Virus record (IMG/VR): IMGVR_UViG_3300033148_003280
Location: 1-53,722 of that record
Length of the DNA stretch: 53,722 nt
Strand: one strand, 5' to 3'
From: a virus
Taxonomy: Duplodnaviria; Caudoviricetes
In this document: positions 37,974-46,321 of the stretch, in pieces
Numbering within the stretch: the first letter of the stretch is position 1
How the letters are laid out: every line of letters starts with the position of its first letter
Translations under genes and position numbers: made by a program
The notes under the pieces: generated by a model
What the model was told of the DNA's origin: nothing
What the model saw: the letters and a program-made list of their open reading frames with translations, nothing else
The model's database searches: none

Positions 37974-38208
37974 GCCACTTAGTTACCTTACAAATACAAT
38001 CCGCTGTTCTACGGTCACACACGGGGCAATACCTGATTATTTTGCCCACGTATCGAGACCCTGATGCACATGCTTTCCCCATTATCTACCTCATACTGAT
38101 TGTTCAATATAACTATAATCATAATAATTTACTTCTTAATACTTACATCTTATTCCTACTCTTACTCTTAAGACTTACTCTTATATAATTTATATTCTAT
38201 ATATGCGG

Positions 38209-39390
38209 TCATTTCAATTTACTCGCCTTTTGACCGGCGAAATCTTCCCAGCGCTTGATAATGACATCACAGTATTTCGGTTCGATCTCAATTGCTCGAC
38301 ATACCCGTTCGGTTTGCTCCGCTGCTATCACCTGTGAACCGGAACCAGCAAACGGCTCGTAGATTATTTCGTCTGGCTTCGTATGATTCATTATCGGGCG
38401 GGTGAATAGCTCGACCGGCTTCTGTGTGGGGTGTTCGCCTTTCCCTTCCCTTCCAACTTCCCATACCGAGGTCTGCGTCTTATCCCCATACCAAGGCGGT
38501 TGATTCCCCCGCTGCCAACCGTAGAAACATAGTTCGTGTTTCCAGTGATACATGCCACTACGAGTTAGCACAAGGCTCGGCTTCACCCAAATAATCTGCC
38601 TGTGAATTAGGATGTCAGCAGCAGCAGCAGCAGCAGCAGCAGCAAAAAACGTGCCTTGCGTCAACATCGGATGCCATAAATAAAAAGCGGTGTTGATTTT
38701 AAGATGCGGGACAGCGACCCGGATCGCAGACTCAAGAAATGCTTGCAGTTCTTTGCCATCTACCAAATCATCGTTTTTGATATCTTTATGCTTCGAATCT
38801 TTCAAGTTGACGTAATCAATCCCATAAGGTGGGTCTGTATTCATCAGGGCGGCCTTCTCCCCCTCCATCAACCGCTCAACATCCTCGGCCTTTGTGCTAT
38901 CCCCGCACATTACTCGATGCTTGCCGAGTTGCCATATCTCCCCGGTCTTAACTGTTGCCGGGGCTGATTCGGGAACAGCGTCCGGATCGGTGTTGCCGTC
39001 CTTCGGATCGGGCTTATACAACTCATCCAGATTCAACGCCTCAAACGCATCCGGGATATCCAGCTTGAACCCCTCAAGAATATTCTGTAAGTCGGGTAAG
39101 AATTCACCCGCGATATGCGGATTGTTTAATGTGACGTTGAGCGCCCGTTCCTCTGATTCGTCAATGTCTATGATGACGGCATCCGTCTTGACTTCCCCTA
39201 ATTCCAGGAGCACCCTCAATCGCTGATGCCCTCCGACAATATTACCGGTACGCTCATTCACGATAATGGGTTCGACAATGCCCCAGCGTTTGATGCTGGC
39301 TTTCAGTCCCGCCATCGCCTTATCGCTGATCGTACGCGGGTTATAATCAGCGGGTTTCATTCCAGCGACATATCGTTCTTCAATGCGCAT
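38209..39390 (-). CDS. ParB-like N-domain plus DNA N6/N4 methyltransferase
   Basis: PADYNPR, SIKRWG.VEPII and IVGGHQR; TDPPYG, HPTQKP and EPFAGSGS. Start reassigned to MRIEER. Confidence 0.9.
   Translation of the reverse strand: MRIEERYVAGMKPADYNPRTISDKAMAGLKASIKRWGIVEPIIVNERTGNIVGGHQRLRVLLELGEVKTDAVIIDIDESEERALNVTLNNPHIAGEFLPDLQNILEGFKLDIPDAFEALNLDELYKPDPKDGNTDPDAVPESAPATVKTGEIWQLGKHRVMCGDSTKAEDVERLMEGEKAALMNTDPPYGIDYVNLKDSKHKDIKNDDLVDGKELQAFLESAIRVAVPHLKINTAFYLWHPMLTQGTFFAAAAAAAAADILIHRQIIWVKPSLVLTRSGMYHWKHELCFYGWQRGNQPPWYGDKTQTSVWEVGREGKGEHPTQKPVELFTRPIMNHTKPDEIIYEPFAGSGSQVIAAEQTERVCRAIEIEPKYCDVIIKRWEDFAGQKASKLK
38617..38643 (-). repeat. (GCT)9 microsatellite encoding Ala9
   Basis: agc x9 on the plus strand, inside the MTase. 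Confidence 0.95.
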
Positions 39391-39394
39391 GTGT

Positions 39395-39547
39395 TTACCT
39401 ACCGCGTCCGCTGCCCCTTCCGCCGCCATCGCCGTAACCGGGCCCCTTCCCGCTACCGCAAGGCTGATCATTCCCATTCCCTCTCCCGCCGCCATCAATC
39501 CCCTTGCCCTTGCCCCTGCCGTCCTCTGGGTGACTTCCTGTTGCCAT
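39395..39547 (-). CDS. 50-aa glycine-rich peptide (absent from the ORF track)
   Basis: AGGAG SD; MATGSHPEDGRGKGKGIDGGGRGNGNDQPCGSGKGPGYGDGGGRGSGRGR*. Confidence 0.7.
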   Translation of the reverse strand: MATGSHPEDGRGKGKGIDGGGRGNGNDQPCGSGKGPGYGDGGGRGSGRGR

Positions 39548-39653
39548 TTCAATCTCCTATGGTTTAGTTTTTTACTTTGATCTCCATTTCATTCCGGGGC
39601 CGAGCAGGTGGCCCCACCCGGCCCCGCTTGCACATTCAGACAGGAGGTTACGG

Positions 39654-39707
39654 AATAAAAATAGGCATCTCAAATGGGTCAGATTACCGACCGATCCGAG
39701 ATGCCTA
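39654..39707 (-). terminator. Intrinsic terminator upstream of the late genes
   Basis: TAGGCATCTC...GAGATGCCTA stem followed by TTTTTATT. Confidence 0.7.
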
Positions 39708-39772
39708 CATGGGTCTTCAAGCTACCGTGCAACTATAAATATTGCAACTGGCTATCGTCTATAAAATGTGCA

Positions 39773-39889
39773 TTAATCATCTTCAGGTACTACGATATCG
39801 GATGATTTGCAATAAAAATGCTGGGGCCATAATTCCTCATTGATGACCTTCGCGCAGATCTCGTCTATCTCCCGAATCAATTCATCCAT
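39773..39889 (-). CDS. 38-aa leaderless acidic peptide
   Basis: ATG sits at the predicted +1 of the promoter at 39897-39925; MDELIREIDEICAK...PEDD*. Confidence 0.5.
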   Translation of the reverse strand: MDELIREIDEICAKVINEELWPQHFYCKSSDIVVPEDD

Positions 39890-39896
39890 CAATCTG

Positions 39897-39925
39897 GATA
39901 TACCACGAATCTTTTCTATTGTCAA
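39897..39925 (-). promoter_or_regulatory. Sigma70-type promoter
   Basis: TTGACA-17 bp-TATATC with extended TG. Confidence 0.7.
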
Positions 39926-39926
39926 A

Positions 39927-40058
39927 CAGGAGACCCCCGAAAGTTTCGGGGGTAATGGTTGATATTGCCTGTAAGATCGGGCGGTTTTCAGTATCGCGGC
40001 TCTCCGTATGCCACTCCGACACACAGGTCGTAGCCACCCTACTCACCGCCCTGAATCA
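39927..40058 (-). ncRNA. Candidate ~130-nt small RNA
   Basis: Extended -10 TGGTATAAT upstream (40065-40073), nested stems and a terminal GC hairpin. Confidence 0.4.
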
Positions 40059-40076
40059 GCTGATATTATACCACGA

Positions 40077-40100
40077 GAAACCCCCGTTCGACCACGGGGG
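40077..40100 (-). terminator. Terminator of the early/middle operon
   Basis: CCCCCGT-loop-ACGGGGG followed by TTTC. Confidence 0.55.
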
Positions 40101-40124
40101 CAACCATATGGTTAGACGAAAATA

Positions 40125-40385
40125 CTATCGGGAGTAATACCTTAAGCGCATCTTAATGGCACCGTGCTGCCTGATGAAATCAATCACACGCTGGGCGTCC
40201 TTTATTGTCTCTTCATCAGTGGCGGCTGCAGCAATACCTTCAAAGAATGGGATGTCATCATGATCCATCATACTCCAACCCGAATCTTCAGCCGAGAGAT
40301 ATTTTTTCTCCACTGCTAACTTGAGGCCATGGCCCAATGAACCACCAATGATGGGAACTCGATAAACTAATTTTGCACTCATCAT
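40125..40385 (-). CDS. Hypothetical protein
   Basis: GAGGAGG RBS before MMSAKL. Confidence 0.65.
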   Translation of the reverse strand: MMSAKLVYRVPIIGGSLGHGLKLAVEKKYLSAEDSGWSMMDHDDIPFFEGIAAAATDEETIKDAQRVIDFIRQHGAIKMRLRYYSR

Positions 40386-40411
40386 TTCCTCCTCATAATT
40401 AATCGAAAATA

Positions 40412-40501
40412 CTATCGAGCTAACCACGCATCTATGTTCCAAGCGACATAGATTATAATTATTGCCATTGCGATAGATACTATAATTTGCAGTTTCATCA
40501 T
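40412..40501 (-). CDS. 29-aa single-TM peptide (absent from the ORF track)
   Basis: AGGTGA SD; MMKLQIIVSIAMAIIIIYVAWNIDAWLAR*. Confidence 0.5.
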   Translation of the reverse strand: MMKLQIIVSIAMAIIIIYVAWNIDAWLAR

Positions 40502-40502
40502 T

Positions 40503-40940
40503 TCACCTACTCAAAAAGAATTCCTTGCACCACGGCAAGTAAGTTTTGATCCGGTACGCTAACGATGACCGGTACTTGACCTCTGCCTCTAATGCTTTAA
40601 CCAAATCATCCGGCATGGCTCTTGCGATCACATAACACGCATCCATGACCTGTTTTGTGGTTCTGCCGCATCTGCTAAATCCCCGGATCGTATTCTCGCT
40701 CATCATCTCCTCATCGTGATTGAGCGGAAATTGAACCGGCTTATCGGGTGGCGTTGATTCAACTATAATGCCCTTACGGATAAGGCCGCCAAATATTTTA
40801 TTGAAGCGATCCCTGTCAAATACCGTCCCCGATTCGTTCGTTTTGCATCCCTCGGTTTTGCCAGGCTCAGGCACCCCCCGCGACTTAGCTTCATCGGACG
40901 CCCTCATCAAATCGTTAAACATCATCTTCCACCTCCACAA
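40503..40940 (-). CDS. Hypothetical protein
   Basis: ORF in the operon; start probably at MMFND (GGAGG). Confidence 0.55.
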   Translation of the reverse strand: MWRWKMMFNDLMRASDEAKSRGVPEPGKTEGCKTNESGTVFDRDRFNKIFGGLIRKGIIVESTPPDKPVQFPLNHDEEMMSENTIRGFSRCGRTTKQVMDACYVIARAMPDDLVKALEAEVKYRSSLAYRIKTYLPWCKEFFLSR

Positions 40941-41000
40941 GTTTGAATATGCCTTCGTGCATCGTCAATAAATTCCCACCCCAGTTTTTCACACCGCGCC

Positions 41001-41252
41001 TCAATCTTCTTCAAGCAATCTTTCATCTTCGCACTCCTCCAATTCCTTAATGAGTAAATTGTTGAAACTCACAAGGCTATCAATTAGCATGTTCGCTTTA
41101 TCGAGTTCGGCAGCGAGTGGGTTTATGGGAACAGTCCCTGCAGGTGTAACCAATCTCGGCTGACGCAACATCGGGATGAGAAATAAGTAGCATAAGAAAC
41201 ACACGGCAATCGCAATCACGATTATTTTCTGCCAATCTTTTTTATCCGTCAT
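41001..41252 (-). CDS. Single-TM coiled-coil protein
   Basis: AGGAGG RBS; MTDKKDW followed by a TM helix. Confidence 0.65.
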   Translation of the reverse strand: MTDKKDWQKIIVIAIAVCFLCYLFLIPMLRQPRLVTPAGTVPINPLAAELDKANMLIDSLVSFNNLLIKELEECEDERLLEED

Positions 41253-41266
41253 GCTCTTCCTCCTGC

Positions 41267-41473
41267 TCAATTCTCCGAATAATAGTACGAACTCCACGGC
41301 CAAAAACGCGCGACGAACCCAACGACGACCCGCATAAAATACCATTTCCGCATCCGCCTGATACCGCCATATGGTTTCTGATCGCTATTCATTTCGACTT
41401 CGACATTCTCAACATCGAATCCCTTGCCGCCGATATAGAGTTTCGCTTTACCTATTTTCATCTTCATCTTCAT
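41267..41473 (-). CDS. Hypothetical protein
   Basis: GAGGGG SD before MKMKMK; overlaps the upstream stop. Confidence 0.5.
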   Translation of the reverse strand: MKMKMKIGKAKLYIGGKGFDVENVEVEMNSDQKPYGGIRRMRKWYFMRVVVGFVARFWPWSSYYYSEN

Positions 41474-42122
41474 CCCCCTCCTCCGAATCATTACCACTGA
41501 ATACATCAGTCACCTTACCGCTTACAAACATATTAAGGCATACCGGGCATCTCCCGATGCATCTGTCTTTCCCGTCATCGCATCGGACGTACATGCTGGT
41601 GTCTATCATTTTGACTTCGCATTTCGGGCATTTCATTTCTTCGATAACGTCAACCGGCTTCGGCGGATGCTTGAGGGGTTTGCCATCGCCATCGGGCGTG
41701 ATGGCATTGCGCAATTTTATAGGAGACCATGCTAATCCTTCGGCATGCGTTTCTGTTGTGGGCGCTGAGACATTAGTGACGGGTAGCTGATCTCCAAGTG
41801 GCGGCATGCACTTCCTGCAAAACCATTTCTGGGCATATCCTTCATGGGGTTCATCCTGAGTCCTTCCGTCTTCAATATGACCATAGACTACATTGGGAGA
41901 ACCGCATACGGAGCATTTCATTACCGCATCTTTCAGCTTGTCAGTCGGTATGCCCTCGCAAGCATTGACGCATGCTTCGCCTCGTAATCCACTCGCGTGA
42001 GTTGTCTCCTCTCCTTGGGCATGAATAAAGTGCCCGTTCGCATCAAGGAAGTGCCGCTCATTATCATCCCAACGCCACGGCTCCGGTGCCCAATCCTGTT
42101 CCTGCTTCTTCTCATCTCCCAT
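41448..42122 (-). CDS. Mosaic protein with Zn ribbons
   Basis: WAPEPW and ACVNACEGIPT motifs plus two CxxC pairs; GGAGGAG RBS. Confidence 0.65.
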   Translation of the reverse strand: MGDEKKQEQDWAPEPWRWDDNERHFLDANGHFIHAQGEETTHASGLRGEACVNACEGIPTDKLKDAVMKCSVCGSPNVVYGHIEDGRTQDEPHEGYAQKWFCRKCMPPLGDQLPVTNVSAPTTETHAEGLAWSPIKLRNAITPDGDGKPLKHPPKPVDVIEEMKCPKCEVKMIDTSMYVRCDDGKDRCIGRCPVCLNMFVSGKVTDVFSGNDSEEGDEDEDENR

Positions 42123-42423
42123 CGTTCTTCTCCTCCTCGGTCGCGACCTCAACTTCACGGAGCAACCGCTCAAGACTCCATTCGCTCTTATGTCCCATCA
42201 GGAAAGAACGCCGGTACCGCATGAATATATTCTCACGGTCAACATGGCTAAACCCGACCGCTGCGTTCATCCCTTCTGTCGCTATAAAAGCCCGTTCCGC
42301 CATTGCCTTCTCGTACTTAGATATCAACATGCGGCATCTGGCCGATGCAATGCGGTGCTCACGATAAAGCAGCGATATTGTAATTATAGGTATCGCCGCC
42401 AATACAAATCTTGTCCAGTCCAT
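42112..42423 (-). CDS. Hypothetical N-terminal-TM protein
   Basis: RBS and TAATG coupling. Confidence 0.6.
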   Translation of the reverse strand: MDWTRFVLAAIPIITISLLYREHRIASARCRMLISKYEKAMAERAFIATEGMNAAVGFSHVDRENIFMRYRRSFLMGHKSEWSLERLLREVEVATEEEKNDGR

Positions 42424-42674
42424 TATTTCTCCTCCTCATATTCATCCTCAAGTATGGCCGGTATCCTTGCACATTCCACCCATTCGCCCTGCTCGTTTGG
42501 GCTTTCGATAATCCAGCAGTATGCCTCAAGGTCAGGATGTATGCGTATCTCGTCAAATGCTGTCGGGCCATATACCTTATCAATCACGACATGATTATTA
42601 CACCCTACATTAACCTCTACGTTATCGGCCTGAGTAAAGAGGCTGACTTCAATGGCCGGAATTTTAATTTCCAT
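42423..42674 (-). CDS. Hypothetical acidic protein
   Basis: Coupled ORF with GGAG RBS. Confidence 0.6.
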   Translation of the reverse strand: MEIKIPAIEVSLFTQADNVEVNVGCNNHVVIDKVYGPTAFDEIRIHPDLEAYCWIIESPNEQGEWVECARIPAILEDEYEEEK

Positions 42675-42837
42675 CGTCTTCTCCCGGCTGAATAATTATG
42701 ACTAATTGCATCCCGTGTTTCGAGTGCGTCCCCACCTCATTCCGTATAAACCGGAACCCGTGTTCGGCGATGCGATCCTTCACGACATCTATCATGTCGC
42801 GTCTCATCTTTTCGAGTATCTCCTGCGTTGTGCTCAT
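42664..42837 (-). CDS. 57-aa hypothetical protein (absent from the ORF track)
   Basis: ATGA overlap; MSTTQEILEKMRR...EDDGN*; fills the gap exactly. Confidence 0.55.
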   Translation of the reverse strand: MSTTQEILEKMRRDMIDVVKDRIAEHGFRFIRNEVGTHSKHGMQLVIIIQPGEDDGN

Positions 42838-43124
42838 CGTTTATACGTTACTATGAAGTACGCGAATTTTGAAATGCCATATACGGCTATAATGAATGGC
42901 CAGAACACGAGACATAAAAAGAGCGGCAGTAGAAGATCAAGCCCCTTCCGTCTTGGATCATAGCTAATCTCCTCTTCGCCCACCGCAAGATATCTCATCA
43001 GCCCAATCCCTGCAATCCCCCATGCAATCGCACCGACAATTGCCCAAATCATTTTGTCGTACCTCCGCCAACCTCGATCCCGTATTTCCGCCGCCGTCTC
43101 CGTTCTTTCATAATCATCGCCCAC
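42834..43124 (-). CDS. Two-TM membrane protein
   Basis: Two hydrophobic helices; true start may be at MIWAIV. Confidence 0.55.
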   Translation of the reverse strand: MGDDYERTETAAEIRDRGWRRYDKMIWAIVGAIAWGIAGIGLMRYLAVGEEEISYDPRRKGLDLLLPLFLCLVFWPFIIAVYGISKFAYFIVTYKR

Positions 43125-43312
43125 GGCGTGAAAACGATTTTGCGGTCACGGCGTTTCGGACGCTGCCCATAAATCCGCTTGCCCCAACGTTCCATTAGCC
43201 GTGCGTGTTCGCGTTTGCGATCTTGTTTATCCATTTTCATCCTCCAGATTATCAATTTACATAATGGCACAACGAGCAATATTGCTCTGCGATTTCCGGT
43301 GTTGGATTCCAT
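43049..43312 (-). CDS. Small basic protein
   Basis: Arg/Lys-rich; start probably near MKMDK (GGAGG). Confidence 0.5.
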   Translation of the reverse strand: MESNTGNRRAILLVVPLCKLIIWRMKMDKQDRKREHARLMERWGKRIYGQRPKRRDRKIVFTPWAMIMKERRRRRKYGIEVGGGTTK

Positions 43313-43470
43313 GTATCGTATCCCTGATGCCCGTACTCCTTTATCGTCTGTAAATAATCCCAGTCAGTTGTTGGCCCATTATACGGGCCTACGCCAACGG
43401 GATCAGGGAATTCGCAACCCGCGAGCGCGATGAACATCAGAACCGCGATGATTAAAATTATGTGTCGCAT
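43252..43470 (-). CDS. Small lipoprotein with C-terminal CxxCH
   Basis: AAGGAGG RBS, lipobox LAGC and CSLCH. Confidence 0.7.
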   Translation of the reverse strand: MRHIILIIAVLMFIALAGCEFPDPVGVGPYNGPTTDWDYLQTIKEYGHQGYDTWNPTPEIAEQYCSLCHYVN

Positions 43471-43487
43471 GGCTAACCTCCTTTGTT

Positions 43488-43712
43488 TTAAATTTCAATC
43501 TTGCTCTCTTCATTACACGTTCGATTCTGCTCATGCCCAATGTGAAAAGCCCCGCAGTAGATACACTCATAGACCACGAGTCCTGTTTCTCCATGCATCT
43601 CAATGATGCGATCCATCACTTCGGTAGCATATGCGCGTGACTTGTACCGCTGCTTCCCGGTGATGCGGCAATACTTCTGGCCGTGATGTTTGCGCTTTTC
43701 GCGTTTGCTCAT
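43488..43712 (-). CDS. Small Zn-binding protein
   Basis: C..TGK.RY.S...A...YECIYCGAFHIGH. Confidence 0.7.
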   Translation of the reverse strand: MSKREKRKHHGQKYCRITGKQRYKSRAYATEVMDRIIEMHGETGLVVYECIYCGAFHIGHEQNRTCNEESKIEI

Positions 43713-43715
43713 AAT

Positions 43716-44033
43716 CTATCGCGCCCCCGTAATATGCCTGCCCCCATCCATGAAGCCGACATCGATAGCGCGACCCGCGATAACGATCTTGTTGAGCAGC
43801 TCCAGTCGCGGGAATGATATCGCACGGGACTTCATCCCCGCACGCTTAATGTAATTGCGCTTCTCAAGCGCCCGCACATGATCGACTATTGTTTTTATGG
43901 TAACACTAAAAACTTCAGCAGCCTCACGATATGTCGGAGCGTAACCATGACGCTGACGGAATGCCACGTAGAAGTTATAAATTTCAAGCTGCCTTTCGGT
44001 CGGCGGCGTGTCTTGTGTTATTGCGATTCCCAT
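43716..44033 (-). CDS. LexA-type winged-HTH DNA-binding protein without peptidase domain
   Basis: TERQLEIYNF......GYAPTYRE.AE.F......V.HV.ALE...YI.R....SRAI. Confidence 0.85.
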   Translation of the reverse strand: MGIAITQDTPPTERQLEIYNFYVAFRQRHGYAPTYREAAEVFSVTIKTIVDHVRALEKRNYIKRAGMKSRAISFPRLELLNKIVIAGRAIDVGFMDGGRHITGAR

Positions 44034-44067
44034 TATTTCACCTTCGCTTTTTGTGCATAGGTTAATG

Positions 44068-44481
44068 TCATCTCGCTACCTCATCCTTGCTGTAGCCACC
44101 ATCCATATCGACCGTGTGATAAAGCTGCGATTCTTCAGGATGACACACGCACCGGAACCATTTCACCTGTCGATCGTCCTCGAACACGACTAACATATCC
44201 GCGCTGTTTGCCAACCGCCCGCAATATCGGCATCGGTTGAGCTTCAGCCCTTTCGGTTTCCTGACCTTACCATATCGACCGCGTACCCTGCCGGCACCCA
44301 CCTGGCATCTATCACAACAATATTTCACGCGCCCAGGCGGTAATGCCCCGCCACAAGTTACGCACACATCGTGCTTCTGCTGGGTGATCGGCTCATGCAA
44401 CGTCGGTTTTGCGGCACGCACCTTGACCTTGACATTCCGCGACGTGAGTTTTTTATATTCGTCTTCTGTCATTCTAACCAT
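44068..44481 (-). CDS. Zn-finger protein
   Basis: CVTCG..L..GRVKYCCDRC and CRYC..C.C. Confidence 0.6.
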   Translation of the reverse strand: MVRMTEDEYKKLTSRNVKVKVRAAKPTLHEPITQQKHDVCVTCGGALPPGRVKYCCDRCQVGAGRVRGRYGKVRKPKGLKLNRCRYCGRLANSADMLVVFEDDRQVKWFRCVCHPEESQLYHTVDMDGGYSKDEVAR

Positions 44482-44536
44482 TAAGCATCACGCATTCCTT
44501 AGGTGAAATGGTTTCTGTAAGCGTGGCCTCACCTTC

Positions 44537-45064
44537 TCAATCGAGTAGGATTGGCTTTAACGTCTCATCCCATGACCCCAAAGGGAAAATCATCTTTGGC
44601 AAACAATCGCGATCTTCGTATTCCCGCCAATCACCATCTTTGAACTGATACCATAATTTCCCATCCCTAATTTCATATTCAATGTCTTCCATTCTTAACT
44701 CATCCTCCAGTAATTCAAGCGGCTTCCAAACAACCCATACTTTCCGATAATGCCGCTCCATTTTCCGGTCCGGTACCCTCAAATCAATTGTATCCCGCAC
44801 CCAACCAGCCGTTCGGTCATGTACGCACTTGAACCCTTCGCCGAACACAAATAACACAGTCCCGTAGGGGTAATCCCACATCAAATCAGGGGACACAGCG
44901 CACCAGTTCCATCCCCACGACTCATCAGGCGGGTCCGGGCAAGCGGGATCAGCAACCAAGTTGCCCCAGCCATCGTTTTCAGCCGCCCAGTAGTATGTAA
45001 CCTTGTGCTCCGTGGACTGCGGCAAGGGGAGCAGGAATAACAGGGCTATGAGGATGTGGATCAT
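44537..45064 (-). CDS. Secreted 3D-domain (double-psi barrel, lytic transglycosylase-like) protein
   Basis: Signal peptide; VTYY, CAVSPD..PYGT.L...G....V.DR......IDL. Confidence 0.65.
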   Translation of the reverse strand: MIHILIALLFLLPLPQSTEHKVTYYWAAENDGWGNLVADPACPDPPDESWGWNWCAVSPDLMWDYPYGTVLFVFGEGFKCVHDRTAGWVRDTIDLRVPDRKMERHYRKVWVVWKPLELLEDELRMEDIEYEIRDGKLWYQFKDGDWREYEDRDCLPKMIFPLGSWDETLKPILLD

Positions 45065-45504
45065 AACTCCTCCTTGGTTATATACTTCGCAATGTCCTCC
45101 GGCAACTCGCCTGCAAGGAACGCGGTGATGACGGCATCACGTAAGCTCACATCAGCTAAACTCTCGGATTTACACCATTCACCCATTATATCTTCAGCAA
45201 TCACGCAAGACCTCCACTCAATGCTACGGCAGCCGCCCGGCCCCTCAGCAGGAAGCAAAGCATGCCAAACCTCCACCGCCCCCGTCACCCTGACCCGGCG
45301 GCGACCGGTGCCACATTCTGGGAAACGACGATTGCATATGCACTGGTCACCTTTTTTGCCAAGCCGTGGCATTGTTTCATATTCGTCGCCACCATCCTGA
45401 TACCAGTCCTCTTGCAATATGCCTGTCCCCTTACACTTGTCACACTTCACCTCGCGCACCTCGCTGAAGTGGAAGCATAGGCCGCGTAAGTTATTCAGGT
45501 TCAT
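45061..45504 (-). CDS. Cys-rich hypothetical protein
   Basis: CDKCKGTG DnaJ-type repeat; coupled to neighbours. Confidence 0.55.
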   Translation of the reverse strand: MNLNNLRGLCFHFSEVREVKCDKCKGTGILQEDWYQDGGDEYETMPRLGKKGDQCICNRRFPECGTGRRRVRVTGAVEVWHALLPAEGPGGCRSIEWRSCVIAEDIMGEWCKSESLADVSLRDAVITAFLAGELPEDIAKYITKEEL

Positions 45505-45955
45505 CGGGAACCTCCCTGATCTTCTTCCTCTTGCCTATAAAATACTCCTCGTCATCCGCGAGGGGCATCGTGTTTATCGGGCAATCGGAGCCGGGCAAGT
45601 GCTGTAAAAATCGGCCCTTAACAGAATAACCGCATGTACGTGGGTCAAGTTGACATTTACTTCCACAAGATATTTCAACGTTGTTATCATGCACAATCTC
45701 CACAACCGGCCCCCTAACCATTGACAAACCGTCCAGTAGGGCATGGGCGGTGGCTATATGTTCCAATTTGAAATGCATGAACGGGCCGTCACCCGGCATA
45801 CTCATATGTGATGGTAACGGGTCCAATTCTATCGTCATATAATCATCCTGAGCCTTAGTCAACTCGGCCCCCGCACCCTCAACCCGTTCCCTCAACCGCT
45901 TCAATTCGGCGGCGGTGTCCTTGTTAGCTGTCATTAGTGGCCTCCCTGAAATCAT
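45491..45955 (-). CDS. Hypothetical protein
   Basis: ORF in operon; start probably at MTANK (GGAGG). Confidence 0.55.
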   Translation of the reverse strand: MISGRPLMTANKDTAAELKRLRERVEGAGAELTKAQDDYMTIELDPLPSHMSMPGDGPFMHFKLEHIATAHALLDGLSMVRGPVVEIVHDNNVEISCGSKCQLDPRTCGYSVKGRFLQHLPGSDCPINTMPLADDEEYFIGKRKKIREVPDEPE

Positions 45956-46118
45956 AATGTGTAACCTTTGCGGACTCCAATATCACTTTATGTCTATGTC
46001 TTTTAGCGTGAGCATATGCAGCCTTATTAACTGAATCATCAACACCCTCACGAGACCAGCCACAATCCCTACACTCAGCAATCCTACTTGTTATCCAAGT
46101 GCGTACATCACTCATCAC
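45924..46118 (-). CDS. Small Zn-finger protein
   Basis: AECRDCGW......A..HA....H.V. Confidence 0.6.
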   Translation of the reverse strand: MMSDVRTWITSRIAECRDCGWSREGVDDSVNKAAYAHAKRHRHKVILESAKVTHYDFREATNDS

Positions 46119-46321
46119 TCCACCTCCTTGTCCTTAGCCGCTGTTATAACCTTATCCCTGTGCATCTCACCCTCGATATGCCCCCTGTTATATTCAACCT
46201 TGAGGCAATGCTTGCACGGCTCAATGATGAAATCAGCGCGGTCACCGTCGGGAAAGGTCGCGTCAATTTTGACCTTCAAATTCCCATAGCACTTAGCGCA
46301 TCTCAACTTAATGTTAAGCAT
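46115..46321 (-). CDS. Small Zn-ribbon protein
   Basis: CAKC....L...IEPCKHC; GGAGG RBS. Confidence 0.65.
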   Translation of the reverse strand: MLNIKLRCAKCYGNLKVKIDATFPDGDRADFIIEPCKHCLKVEYNRGHIEGEMHRDKVITAAKDKEVE

